DNA of 64,000 bases. Source: the human T2T-CHM13v2.0 reference genome, Homo sapiens. The position numbers and the translations under genes are program-made. The notes beneath the pieces were generated by a model that saw nothing but the letters and a program-made list of their open reading frames with translations, had not been told where the DNA came from and made no database searches. The DNA lies in the NCBI RefSeq assembly GCF_009914755.1, contig NC_060926.1; one strand, 5' to 3'. Position 1 is the first letter of the stretch. Each line of letters starts with the position of its first letter. Positions 26,972 to 42,160 of this stretch are shown in pieces.

Positions 26972-27140
26972 AAATTGCTAAGATATCATTTTTACCATAA
27001 TGTATAGGTTTCTATTATAAGTGAAGGATGAAAAGCAGGAAAGGATGGAGAAGGACATGAAGGATGAGACCTGTCGCCTGTCTGTCCGAGGGTGGCATTG
27101 GCTCTGTTACATGCACAGGTGTAGGCAAGCCCAGGGCCAG
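26972..27140 (+). repeat. 169-bp local direct duplication, copy 2
   Basis: See 24854-25022. Confidence 0.92.
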
Positions 27141-27310
27141 TGTGCTTCTGCGCATTTTGTCTTGTGTCATCTTCACCATAAACCAATGGAGAAGGCAGGG
27201 CAGGAATTCTTGTCCTCCTTTTACAGATGAGGAAACTGAGACAAATCAGGCGGAAAGAAGTAAGAGAAACCACCATGGAGTGAGACTCCAATAACTCATT
27301 TCTAAGCTGG
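27140..27310 (-). mobile_element. MIR
   Basis: Core 'ttttacagatgaggaaactgagac'. Confidence 0.7.
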
Positions 27311-27570
27311 GTTTTGGTGTAACTAGCACAGAGATCTTGTCTCAGTCTCTTCAATCAGATGGGCACTTATCCATGAGATCAGGGGAGAAGACTAAATTGT
27401 TTTCAAGTTCCCTTTGATTTTTAAAATCATTACAATCAAAGAAGGTATGAAACGTTCCCCAAGCAATGTGGCTGGTGAATGGCAGAGCCAGACCCAGGGC
27501 TCTGGACACCTGGCTACACCATGGGCCACCTGGGCATTCCCCACTCAACTAATAGGATCTTGCAAAAATA

Positions 27571-27614
27571 TTACGGTGGTGCAGAGGTAATTGCAGTTTT
27601 TTGCACCAACCTAA
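27571..27614. mobile_element. MADE1 (Hsmar1 MITE), internally deleted
   Basis: TA-ttacggtggtgcagaggtaattgcagttttttgcaccaacctaa-TA. Confidence 0.8.
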
Positions 27615-28159
27615 TACTTAGGTAAAACTCACTTAAATGTTCACTTTTAAAAAAGATGAATTTGTGTAACATGGTACTTTGACAAAAGGGGCAGAGCAAC
27701 ATCAACAAAACCCACTGAGTGTTTCTTCATTGCAAGAGGGAGGCTTTGGAACAAAGACTATGTGTTTGACCCAGCATGTGTTTATGAGAACTGAATTATA
27801 ATTTCATCAGCAAATTCTTATCTGTGTCGTTTTACAAAGGCACATTCTAAATTTTTGAGGGACCAGCTGACTTGATCATTGTGATACTGATAAGATGAAA
27901 AAAAGTGAATTTTGAAATGTTGTCATTCCGGTTGCTTTGGTGACACAAACCCTGTAGATCCCAGAGCACAAGGTCACCTTTATCTTCTCAAAGGGCATGT
28001 TATGAAATTGCACAATGCCTGACACTTTCATGGGAGTAACTTACCCAAGCCCGTTCTTGGGAAACTACCCCATCATGAGATAGCTGACCTAGAGAGCTCA
28101 ACCCATCTGAATAATTGGCAGGAAGCACATACGATCTATTTGACTTCATCAGAAAACAA

Positions 28160-28795
28160 GCTTCTCACTTGGCCTTCAGGGGCCTTCCCAGCCTCACAGC
28201 TCCCATGCGGGGTCACCCTGCACGCCCTTCCTCTCACTCTCCGTGCTCTTCTCTGCTCCTATGCTCAGGAGGAGCACATTTCCTCTGCCTGGAATGCCCT
28301 ACCCGCTGTTCTGATTTGTGGGTGCCTTACTCCCCTCTTACCAGTGTCTCCTCCCACTAGCATTCCTCCACTTCCACGCAAAATTAGCATCGCTGGCTTC
28401 TATGAGCTCACAGTAATCTTTATCCTTGCTCTTATAAATGCCACACGACACTGGACTTTTAACCCACATGTCTGTCTCCCACACCGAACTGTGACCTCCA
28501 AGGGAGCAGGGACTGTGGGTTTCTTTGAACACTGGGACTCCGCCACCTGTACTTCCAGTTACTTGCTGGATGCCCAAGTTCTCTGCTCCACTGTGAGCTC
28601 CATAAAACCCAGGATCAGCTCTCTCATGTGTTCCTGCCTAGCACATAGTTGGTGACTAATAAATATTTATGGAATCTAGTAATCAACTATGAGTTTCTAG
28701 AGAGCAAAAGAATTTCCCCATTTATGTGTGTATCCCCCAACACTTAGCACAATGCCTAGCACAAGATTAGGTACCACAAAATGTCTGAATTTGAA
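28160..28795 (+). mobile_element. Cluster of L2 3' fragments
   Basis: 'tcctctgcctggaatgccct', 'ctccaagggagcagggactgtg', 'cctagcacatag...aataaatattt', 'tgtatcccccaacacttagcacaatgcctagcac'. Confidence 0.7.
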
Positions 28796-29340
28796 TAAAG
28801 GCAACTTGAGTCCTGCTATAATCCTGGTTTTAGCCTGGCTAGACTTTGTCTACCTCGGCCAGATCTGGCCTGTCAAGGGCTCCTCACTAAACAATTAACT
28901 GAGGCTTGTCAGAGGCCTCAGAGCTCAACAAACAGTTCAGCTTGGTCTGACTTATGCTCCAGTCTGCTAAGAATTTCTTGTGCACAAACATCACATGGCC
29001 CAGAGTGAACCCAAAGGACTGATGGGGAGAGGAGGGAGCGATGGCCAGGCCTTCTAGAAGTCAGTCACTGCTATTGACAGCATTTTGAGGCACTTGATTG
29101 GGATAATACAGTTTTCCCAAGATAGCGTTTCCACTGTTGTGCCAAATTAAATAGCTAACTCCTGCACAGGAGTGAAAATCAGTTGGGATGGCTCAAGTTT
29201 CCTCTGTCCTTCCATGTGTCAAACCTCCCAGACAGAACTGGGATCTTCAAAAGCTGAATCTCTGTAAGTTGTGGCTTTCTCCGGTGCTTTGCTATTTTAT
29301 AATTTAAGTGGTGGAGATGCCTTTGTATTAAAATTTTAAC

Positions 29341-29854
29341 GGGGAGAATGGAACCAAGTTGGAAAACACTCTGCAGGATATTATCCAGGAGAACTTCCCC
29401 AATCTAGCAAGGCAGGCCAACATTCAGATTCAGGAAATACAGAGAATGCCACAAAGATACTCCTCAAGAAGAACAACTCCAAGACACATAATTGTCAGAT
29501 TCACCAAAGTTGAAATGAAGGAAAAAATGTTAAGGGCAGCCAGAGAGAAAGGTCGGGTTACCCAAAAAGGGAAGCCCATCAACTAACAGTGGATCTCCCG
29601 GCAGAAACTCTACAAGCCAGAAGAGAGTGGGGACCAATATTCAACATTCTTAAAGAAAAGAATTTTCAACCCAGAATTTCATATCCAGCCAAACTAAGCT
29701 TCATAAGTGGAGGAGAAATAAAATACTTTACAGACAAGCAAATGCTGAGAGATTTTGTCACCACCAGGCCTGCCCTAAAAGAGATCCTGAAGGAAGCTCT
29801 AAACATGGAAAGCACAACCGGTACCAGCTGCTGCAAAATCATGCCAAAATGTAA
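29341..29854 (+). pseudogene. L1 ORF1p C-terminal half, frameshifted
   Basis: ENTLQDIIQENFPNLARQ...; ETLQARREWGPIFNILKEKNFQPRISYPAKLSF; no 5' half. Confidence 0.9.
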
Positions 29855-29917
29855 AGACCATTGAGATTAGGAAGAAACTGCATCAACTAACGAGCAAAAT
29901 AATCAGCTAACATCATA

Positions 29918-33735
<3,818 letters not shown>

Positions 33736-34214
33736 ACAATGAGAACACATGGACACAGGAAGGGGAACATCACACTCTGGGGACTGTTGTGCGGTGGGGG
33801 GAGGGGGGAGGGATAGCATTAGGAGATATACCTAATGCTAAATGACGAGTTAATGGGTGCAGCACATCGACATGGCACATGTATACATATGTAACTAACC
33901 TGCACATTGTGTACATGTACCCTAAAACTTAAAGTATAATAATAATAATAAAAAAATAAGAGAAAAAAAAATTTTTACATCAGCATCTCTCAAAGTACAG
34001 TTCTTGGAACACTTGTCCTCAAGGTGATCCATGGAGAAAGAGCCTCGGCCAAATGAACTTGGGGATGTCAAGGCTCTTCAGGGCCTGCAGTGCAGTTCTC
34101 TGGTTAACTTTTCTCACCCCAACATTTCCCAAACTCTGGCTGCAGCATCCTTCTAGCCTGAATATGCATATGTCTGGAAGGTACTTTGAAAAACAAGAAA
34201 ACAGTGCTCCAGAA

Positions 34215-34376
34215 CAGAGGTCTGCACACCTTTTCTGTAAAGAGCCAGATCGTAAATATTCAGGCTCTGCAGGCCACATAGGGTCTCTGTCTTGTATTCG
34301 TTTGTTTGCATTGGTTTGTGCAAAAACAGGCTGAGGTGCAGATTTGGCCACAGGCTGTAGTCATTTGTCGATCCAG
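34215..34376. mobile_element. MER58A (hAT-Charlie), internally shortened
   Basis: 'ttttctgtaaagagccagatcgtaaatatt...gcaggccacata.ggtctctgtc'; 8-bp TSD ctccagaa/ctctagaa. Confidence 0.82.
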
Positions 34377-34419
34377 CTCTAGAATATTTTCCCCTTGACA
34401 ACCAGTTGCCAGGCTGCAA

Positions 34420-37400
34420 TTGAGTCACAGTGTCTCCTAACATCGCCGTGGAGCTACCCTTGACAATCGCTCACTCCTGTCCTTTTGGAAGCCTAGCAGC
34501 ACTTCCTCTGCAATCCCAGGCAAATGCTAAATAATAGTAAGCATTATTCCAGATGCCAAACCGCACCTGGTTTTGGTCACTTGGTGTGCATCGTCAGCAC
34601 TATTGTGCGTGTGCTGTCACGCGAGCTCGCTAAGGGAGCCGCTGGGGAAGGCTGTCCTCAGACCCAGCCATGCAGCTGCAGACGCTTGTGTGCTCCTGTC
34701 GGATGGCTAGCAGGCTGGCCGGTCTGAACCGTGGCTGCATCAAACCGATTTTGCAACAACCCTGATGTACAGGGCAGGGAGCCACACGCCAGGGCCACCT
34801 GCTCTAAGCAACATCCCTGGCTGTGACCATCTGCTCCCCCAAGTCCTGGCTGTGGGTTTTTTCCCATAGAGTCATGTCCAGTTAAGGGATATAGAATCAA
34901 AAACACCTGGATTCACATACCATTTGTGTGGTCTTGAGCATGTTAATAAACCTCTTTAAACCTTAGTCCCTTGACCCCAAATGTGGTACCACCACCTCCT
35001 TTGCTGTGTTGCTGGATGCGGCCGCGAGGCAGGGTGGAAAACGCCCTGGAGGCCCAGGAAGCGCCTCTCACCTCTCCCTTTCCCATGGACAGCCCACTCT
35101 TCTTGGGAACAGCTCCCCCTCGCCCAGGATGTGGGGCAGAGTGGGACACGCCCAGCCTGCCTGCTCTTCTGAGACAGCCGCATTGAAAGAGTACAACAAA
35201 AAATAATATAAAACAACAAAGAGGAATGTGTGGGGCTGGGGAGGTGTAAGGAGTGATTGAGTTTAGCCCAGGAGCTGGGGAAGATTTCACAGGAGACATC
35301 TGAGCTAGAATCCGGGGGGACTCAGATTTGAGCAGTGGGGAATGGAGGAAACAGATTTGGGGCAGACAGAGCAATGGGAGCAGGACATAGCACCCGCCCG
35401 CCAGGTTTCCCCCCATGGACACACAGCTGATCCCACTGGAACATCCAAGCCCAGCCTCTCTCATACCCAGGATCCTTTTCCTCAGCCAGACAGTGAAGCC
35501 ACAGAACAAAGCTCATTTTGCCAAAATGGACCGCCAATGTGTCCACGGCTTGTCTCCCCGTTTAGAACACAGCCCCCGGGGGCGCTCTTCCCCACGGTGC
35601 GCAGAATGCTGCCTCTACTCTTGCCTGCATGCTCAGACTTCAAACGGGGCTGTGAAAATAAATCTAATGACAGGTAAAACTGGTTTATCACAGGAAACTC
35701 TAGAATTTCACGTCTTAAATAGATCACCCTTCTGCTGAATTCTGCATTTCTGAAATGTAGTAAGAACACTTTCTTCTCTAGCACTCTGCTACACTTATTA
35801 AAAATTTTATTTAAACCTCAAGGTACCCTATTTTCCTCATTTACAGTTGAAAAAAAAATCAAGTTTCAGTTAATTCAGTGGCATGTCCAAGGACACACTG
35901 CTAGTTGGAGGACGAATGAACGATACCCTAGCAATACCTCAGTGGAGCTTCAAGTTACTATATTGAACACACATCGCTGAGAATCTGAACTCCAAAGCAG
36001 CAAGGCAAACCCAAATTCAGACTTTTGTTTTTCTTCTTCCTATAATCTCCTTCATGGTTTGCTGTATTTCTCTGCTGCCTCCCTCCTGCCTCCCGCCAGC
36101 TTCAGACACACACACACACACACGCACACACATACACACAGAGGATTCAAAATATTAAAGACACAGCCAATTAAGACGTGGTTTTTTTTTATATGAGGAA
36201 GCAAAAGGAAAAGCAAGACGTCCCCCAGCATCTGTTTTCTGCCCCTTATCCAGAGGAATATGCCCATTTGTACTGTGACGCCAAGTGCAGTTCGTTTCCT
36301 GCTTTGAAACCTACCAGGGAGAAAACGGCCTTCATGACCTTCAACGAGTGTCATTCCTGGTAATTTCCCTGGAATTTTTGTGTCCTTACAAATTTTTCAT
36401 ATTACAAAATCTTGTACAGAACTGTGCCATCCTGAGAGTGGATGGGTCCCCACCACCCCACCCACTGGTGTCCTGAATCGCCCTGGCGCCGTCAGCGGCT
36501 CTTGGTTTTGTGGACAATCTTCCCCCAGCTTCCTTGCAAGCTCTCTGCAGTACCCACCCAAGGGACTATGCATGAACTGAGGGACAGCGACTTGGGCTCT
36601 CTCTCAGACAAGGCTCTCTCTCTGAAAAGGGGGCAGGGCCCCCTCCTTGGTGCCCCCTAGATGGTTATAAATGCCCTTGGCATTTGTTTACCCACACTAG
36701 ACAGTAACCAACATTCAGATAAATGAAGTTGGCGCCTCCAGGATTTATGACCTCCTCCTGTGCTTTGCATTGTTTAATCAGGAAGTCAACATATTACAGA
36801 GTGAAATCCTTTACAAGCATGTGCAAACACAGAGCCACCATTAGCGCTGAGGCAGGCCTTGGGGTGGAATGGACCTCCAGCCTCTCACCATCTCGGAAAG
36901 GAATACGCAGCCGGCGTCACTCACTGGCTGGCGAACAGCACCAGGGTTCTTTTTTCCTTTGTATTTACTTTTTTCCTTTTTTAAGATTCTCATTTTGAAG
37001 AGGAAAGGTGATGAACAGGAACATATGATGGGGCCCTGTCTCTAGACACTCCCCTCCCAGAGAGCCAGGAATTAGGGAAGGTAAATTAGGGTCAGGAAAG
37101 GTGGTGGAGTTTAGTGTGTTTGGACAAGGCTGGGAGCATGTGGGGAATCAGCGTGAGGCATCCCACCTGGAGGAGGAGGCCAGGCTGCAGCCCCCGTGCC
37201 ATAAGCCCGGCTCCACGAAGTCTAGCCAACATCTGGAATGGATATCAAGAGACACAGGCGGCCCTCACTGGCGCGCCGGTCTACCTTTGTACTTTTCGTT
37301 GCAAATTGAAAAGCAAAACAGACATCAAGGATATATTTATAAAACTGTCTTCAAGTTGCATTTTCTACTCCCATCTGCTGCATATGATAAGTTTCAAGTG

Positions 37401-37600
37401 TTTTCTAATAAAAAAAAAAAAAAAAAAGGAGGGTGTGGTGGGGTGGAAGGAAGCCTGGGTGTGCGCGTGTGTGCCTGAACGCATGCTCCTTATTTGGTGT
37501 GGAGACTGAGCTTTCTCTGGCTTTGTTGAAAAGGAGAAGTTAAAACATGCAGTCTCTGAAGGCATTACTGTTTTAAAATGTTCTGATCATTTGCATGTCA
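34420..37600. promoter_or_regulatory. CpG-enriched, repeat-poor candidate enhancer/promoter block
   Basis: Visibly more CpGs than the flanks (GCGGCCGC 35018, GGCGCGCC 37270); AP-1 34421, RUNX 34559, M-CAT 36352, CTCF-like 36650-63, TATA-like 36665 and 37334-44, CArG 37488-97. Motif inference only. Confidence 0.5.
36106..36140. repeat. Interrupted (CA)n
   Basis: Direct reading. Confidence 0.85.
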
Positions 37601-38130
37601 TGCTTATTCAAAAAATTTGCATTGGATCACATTAAAGAAAAGGAGGGTATATTTCTGAAATTCGTAAACTCCTTGCTTTAGTGGAGAAGGTTAGTGGGGG
37701 AAAGAAGCACATCTTTTTGTTGTTAAGTTTTTGGAGAAAAGAGAAACGTGGAGGCGTGAGATGGTGGAGTGAGATATTTAGGAAAAAATAATACAGCAAA
37801 AGATAGAGGTACATCAGGCAGATCCAAGATAATTGAGGTTTTCTACATTTAGGTAAAGATGTGAATCCAGATGTGACTTGTTGATCTTCATGAACAAAGC
37901 TGGATCCACCACCATCAGCCACATTTAGTGCAGAGTTGGGCAGTTCAGAGACTAGCCATGGCCAAAACTAGACCTTTATTTTTCAGTTAATACAAAATGG
38001 GAGGAAAGAACTAGGAGAGAGGGACTCTAAAATTTTTCTTTTACCACTAGGCCATGCTAAAACACGATTAGCAAAGTAATAAATCACGAGCCAACAACCC
38101 AGATAATTCAGGATTTATTAAAACAAGTGA

Positions 38131-38430
38131 AGCCAGGCACGGTGGCTTTGGCTTATAATCTCAGCACATTGTGAGACCAAGGCAGGAGGATTGCTTGAGG
38201 CCAGGAGTCCAAGACCAGCCTGGACAAAATAGCAAGACCCCATCTCTACAACTTTTTTTTTAAAATTAGCCAAGCATGGTGCTGCAGCCCATAGTCCCAG
38301 CTACTTGGGAGACTGAGGCAGGAAGATCACTTGAGCCAGGAGTTCAAGACGGTCATGAGCTATGATTGTACTACTGCACTGCAGCCTGGGCAACAGAGTG
38401 AGATCCTGTCTCAAAAAGAAACAAAAAAAA
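38131..38430 (+). mobile_element. AluJ
   Basis: 'ggaggattgcttgaggccaggagt', 'atagcaagacccc' and 'tgagctatgattg' J-type diagnostics; highly diverged. Confidence 0.9.
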
Positions 38431-38764
38431 TGAGCCTAAACATCTGGATGTGGATAAGTAAATGTAAGGTGTTCTCCATGTTTCCATTAGCTGAATATCC
38501 TTCCAATTTGTCACTTTGAAGATGACAGTCCATCTGGAATATTAGAGGAAAGGCTGGATGCCCCGTTGATCTACTGATTGCTCCTCAACCCGTATTTCTA
38601 CTGGTGATTTTCTCTATGTCCATATGCAGGTGAGCTTCTACTGATCTGGAAATGCCATGTCCTTCACTGACACACTGGACAAGAAGACCATCAGTCATAT
38701 GCACTTGACTTCTCAGAAAACATGAGGGCTGCCTCCTGATTGCAGCCAGCAGAAAGTGGTAGAA

Positions 38765-38970
38765 AGAAGAAGACTTTGAAATGAGACAGACATGAGGTCA
38801 AATCTGGGCTCCCCCAGTTACTGCCATGTAACCTTGGACCAGTTACTTAAGCTGTTTAATTCTCATCTGGCAAATGAACCTAATAAGAAGTATCTCCTAG
38901 GGTGGGTAGAATTCATGGTTTAACGTTTGTAAAATGTTGAAAGAGCACTTTTAGTAGGACTTAGTTTCGA
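38765..38970 (+). mobile_element. MIR
   Basis: 'tcaaatctgggctcc...ccatgtaaccttggaccagttacttaa...ctcatctg'. Confidence 0.65.
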
Positions 38971-40547
38971 ATACATAATTTTACTGTTCTGTGTTGCTAG
39001 TTCAATAAGCACTGTGCACGCCCCTCTCAGCCCCAGCTTACCCATGGCAGACGTCCTAATCCATCCCTGCACACCTTCCCACTGAGTGAGGTCTCAGCCC
39101 AAGGACCCTTTTCATCGAAGCCCTCCATACACCCACTACCAAGTGATCCGACTCATCACACCAAGCTAAATCTATTTGTTATCTTGACCCTGCCTGATTC
39201 AGACCCTCCTGTTAGCAGACAGGAGGCAGTTAGTGGCATCTGTTGAATGCCTCCTACGTATCTCGTGCCCATGACAAGTGCTTTCCATTTGACTGGGCTA
39301 CTTTTCTCTTCTATTGGTAAGAGGCGAAAGGCACCTGAATTCCTGAGCTCTTCAACTGAATGCTGTTTCTCGTTGACATTTCTTCAGGTTTATTTCCTTA
39401 TGTAAGAGCCTTGACTTGGGCATGAAACCTGCTAGCAGGCCTGAAGAAGGCACAGAGACGTGCTAAGAATCTGCATGATCAATGTGAGTCCTCACAGCTA
39501 AAGGGACCAAGCCATACACTTCCATGCAAAAAGTATTTAAATTTGGGTACTGAATTATTTTCTAAAGTAATACATGCCTTAGCTAAAAATATATGGCTAT
39601 ATTTCTTTGAGATACAGTGTAGAACTCTACTTCCACATAGAAAAGAAAAATCTACAATCATAAAATATGACTTCACCTTTCCTTTTCTCTGTAAGGTGAA
39701 AGCTGGCAGCATTCAGAAGTCTGTGGCTTGACAGGGTGAATGGAAGTCTCAGGTCATTCTGCAGCCCAGTCCCCTGACATCTACCCTCCACAAGCACAGA
39801 AGCCGCACAGGCTGGAGAGACTCCTGGCAGACCAGCGTTCATGAGACCCCTCTCTGTCTCTCCACAGAGACTAAACAGAGAAGCCAGCAGACCACTCCAG
39901 CAGGAGACCACATTGCACAGTCAGCTCCTTGGGCTTTGTTTATCTAAAGAGAAGGAAGCTGATCAGTAAAGAGGAAGAGCACACACCGAAGCTCCTAGTG
40001 CTGGTGATGAATCCAGACCCCACGCAGAAACCGCTGAGTGTGCAATGTGCCTCTGTTTCCTGCTGCATAAGAAGGGATGATGATAGTACTGACTTCATGG
40101 ATTTGTTGGGAGAATTTAAGGAGATGAAACCTGCGAGGCACCTAGGACAGCACCTGACACTTAGGTTTACTCCAGTAATATGGGCGCACCTTACAACTAT
40201 GGCCTTCACCATTCCAGGGGCCTGCATCAGGAGCCACACTCCAGCACCCACCCCCACAGGTGAGGGGACTCCGCCCAAATGCTCACCACTCACTTCAGAA
40301 GCAAACTCAGGAAGAAATCCAAACCCCACCCACAACCGTGGTGATTTTTAAAGGTTCCATACCTTGTTTGAAAAGCTAATATTGTTTTATGAGAATAAAA
40401 ATGATTAATGTTGGAGAATGGATAAAAATAATAACTCCTATGATGGTGAAATTTGAAAACACCTATGTCTATGTACTTAAAAAAAGCATTTATAGTACAA
40501 TTAAAATATATTCAATATATGTATTTGTATATATCGTTAAATAGAAT

Positions 40548-40961
40548 TTATAAGAAGCCATTGGTTTGGACTAAGATCCTGCACTAGGCCCAACAGAATA
40601 AACCAAAATGGAGATACTGCTAGTCAAGTTCCATGCCACCAAGCTGAAACTAAGCAGTTGATCTGACCTCCTGAGAAATCAGGAGAGAGAGAAAGATAAT
40701 AGCCAAATCCGCAAACAGGCCAGTTTCAGCTGGCGGGGTGAGGAAGTCCCCCTGTTTCAACCCTGCAAAGAACATCTCTGCTTTTGATTGGCTATGCCTG
40801 ACTTCTTCAGCCCTTTCCTGTCTATAAAACCAACCTCCCCAGCTCAGCTCATCAGAACACTCACTCTACTTTATAGAATGAGATGGTATCCAATTCTAGA
40901 ATCACAAATAAGAGCCAATCCAGATCTTTAAACTAAATCTGTCATGATTTTGTCTTTTGAC
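40548..40961 (+). mobile_element. ERV1 (MER4-group) solo LTR, subfamily uncertain
   Basis: 'ttggactaagatcctgcactaggcccaacaga...aaatggag', 'gagaaatcaggagagagag', TATA 'ctataaaa', ends 'gtcttttgaca'. Confidence 0.7.
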
Positions 40962-40965
40962 AGCA

Positions 40966-41085
40966 ACACACACACACACACACACACACACAATATCTTC
41001 ACATTCACACACACATACACGCACACACACAATGTCTTCACATTCACACACACACACACGCACACACACAAAGTCTTCACATTCT
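40966..41085. repeat. Compound (CA)n minisatellite, about 38-40-bp unit
   Basis: 'tcttcacattc' occurs three times separated by (CA)n with a shared cgca interruption. Confidence 0.85.
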
Positions 41086-41679
41086 CAACCTTGGGTCCTC
41101 TCGTGTTTTCTATTGTCTTTTGCATTGGGGGAAGGTTTTCAATAACGTCAAATTTTATAACTTAAAAAAAAAAAGTTTCTCCAAGGTTAGGCAAACACAT
41201 TGCTATTTGGTTATGAACTTTGGTTGTTTCTCCCTGAAAAAATTTCCAGTCTTGCTCAATTTCCAAAAAAAAGAGTTTGGACTCTTACCTAAGCCATGTT
41301 TGTCCAAAGAGGTCAGTATCAAGCCTACATGACTTTTTGATCCAGAAAATAGTAGTCATGTTTTGGTCATTCTGAGATAGTCATGGAAAATTACAACACA
41401 GATGTTCATACGGGATCTTCCTTCTATTGCCCAGTGCCCCGTGAAGCCCTTGAACAAAACCAGAAGAAAGTGAAAAATAAACAGCCTTACACGGTAAATG
41501 AAAAAATAAGGTAACTTTGTGGTAGTGTCGCTAGGCTGAGGGCAGAGAGGGGAGGAGAGCAGTGAGCAGGGGCCTGAAGCCCACAGGCCTGGCCAGAGCA
41601 CAGCAGAGGAGAATGTAGCCAAGTGTGTACAAGCAGATTCCAGCCAGGCTGCAGTGAGTGTGCGAGCTGGCTCAGCCAT

Positions 41680-41835
41680 TGACTAGCTGTGGGCTGGGAG
41701 AAAATTTCTTCACTCCTTTCTGCCTCAGTCCCTTCATCTGTAAAGTAGGAATAAAAATAGTAACACTCGTATAGTGTTGCTGTTAAATACTTCATCTATA
41801 TCAAGAGCTTAGAACAGTGCCTGGCACAAAATGTG
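41680..41835 (+). mobile_element. MIR
   Basis: 'tctgcctcagtcccttcatctgtaaagtagg...gcttagaacagtgcctggcaca'. Confidence 0.8.
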
Positions 41836-41924
41836 TTTCATACATTTTGCAAATAAAATAAAATAAAAGGGCTCAAAGGAATTGTTTCCAACACTTTTGA
41901 TGTTAAGATGCAAAAGCTAATATA

Positions 41925-42160
41925 GTATAATGGTGGTTGCTAGGGTCTGGGGAGAGGAGGAAATGGAGAGTGGCTACTTAGTGGGTACACGGTTTCCTTT
42001 TGGGGTGATGAAAATCTCTTGGAACTAGAGACAGCTGGTGGTTGCATAACATTGTGAATGCATTAGATGCCACTGAATTATATGTTTTAAAATGGTTAAT
42101 GCACATTTTAAAATGGTTAATGACTAATTTTAAGTTATGTGAATTTTGCCTTAATTTTTT
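41925..42160 (+). mobile_element. L1MB-type 3' end
   Basis: 'gtggttgctaggg...ttttggggtgatgaaaat...ggtggttgcataacattgtgaatg'; internal 21-bp tandem duplication of ttttaaaatggttaat. Confidence 0.8.

Noticed and set aside
28140-28655. 171-aa ORF
   Set aside because: Lies in decayed L2 sequence; no protein similarity recognised
34943-35784. Overlapping 100-188-aa ORFs
   Set aside because: Expected in GC-rich, stop-poor sequence; no domain and no consistent exon structure
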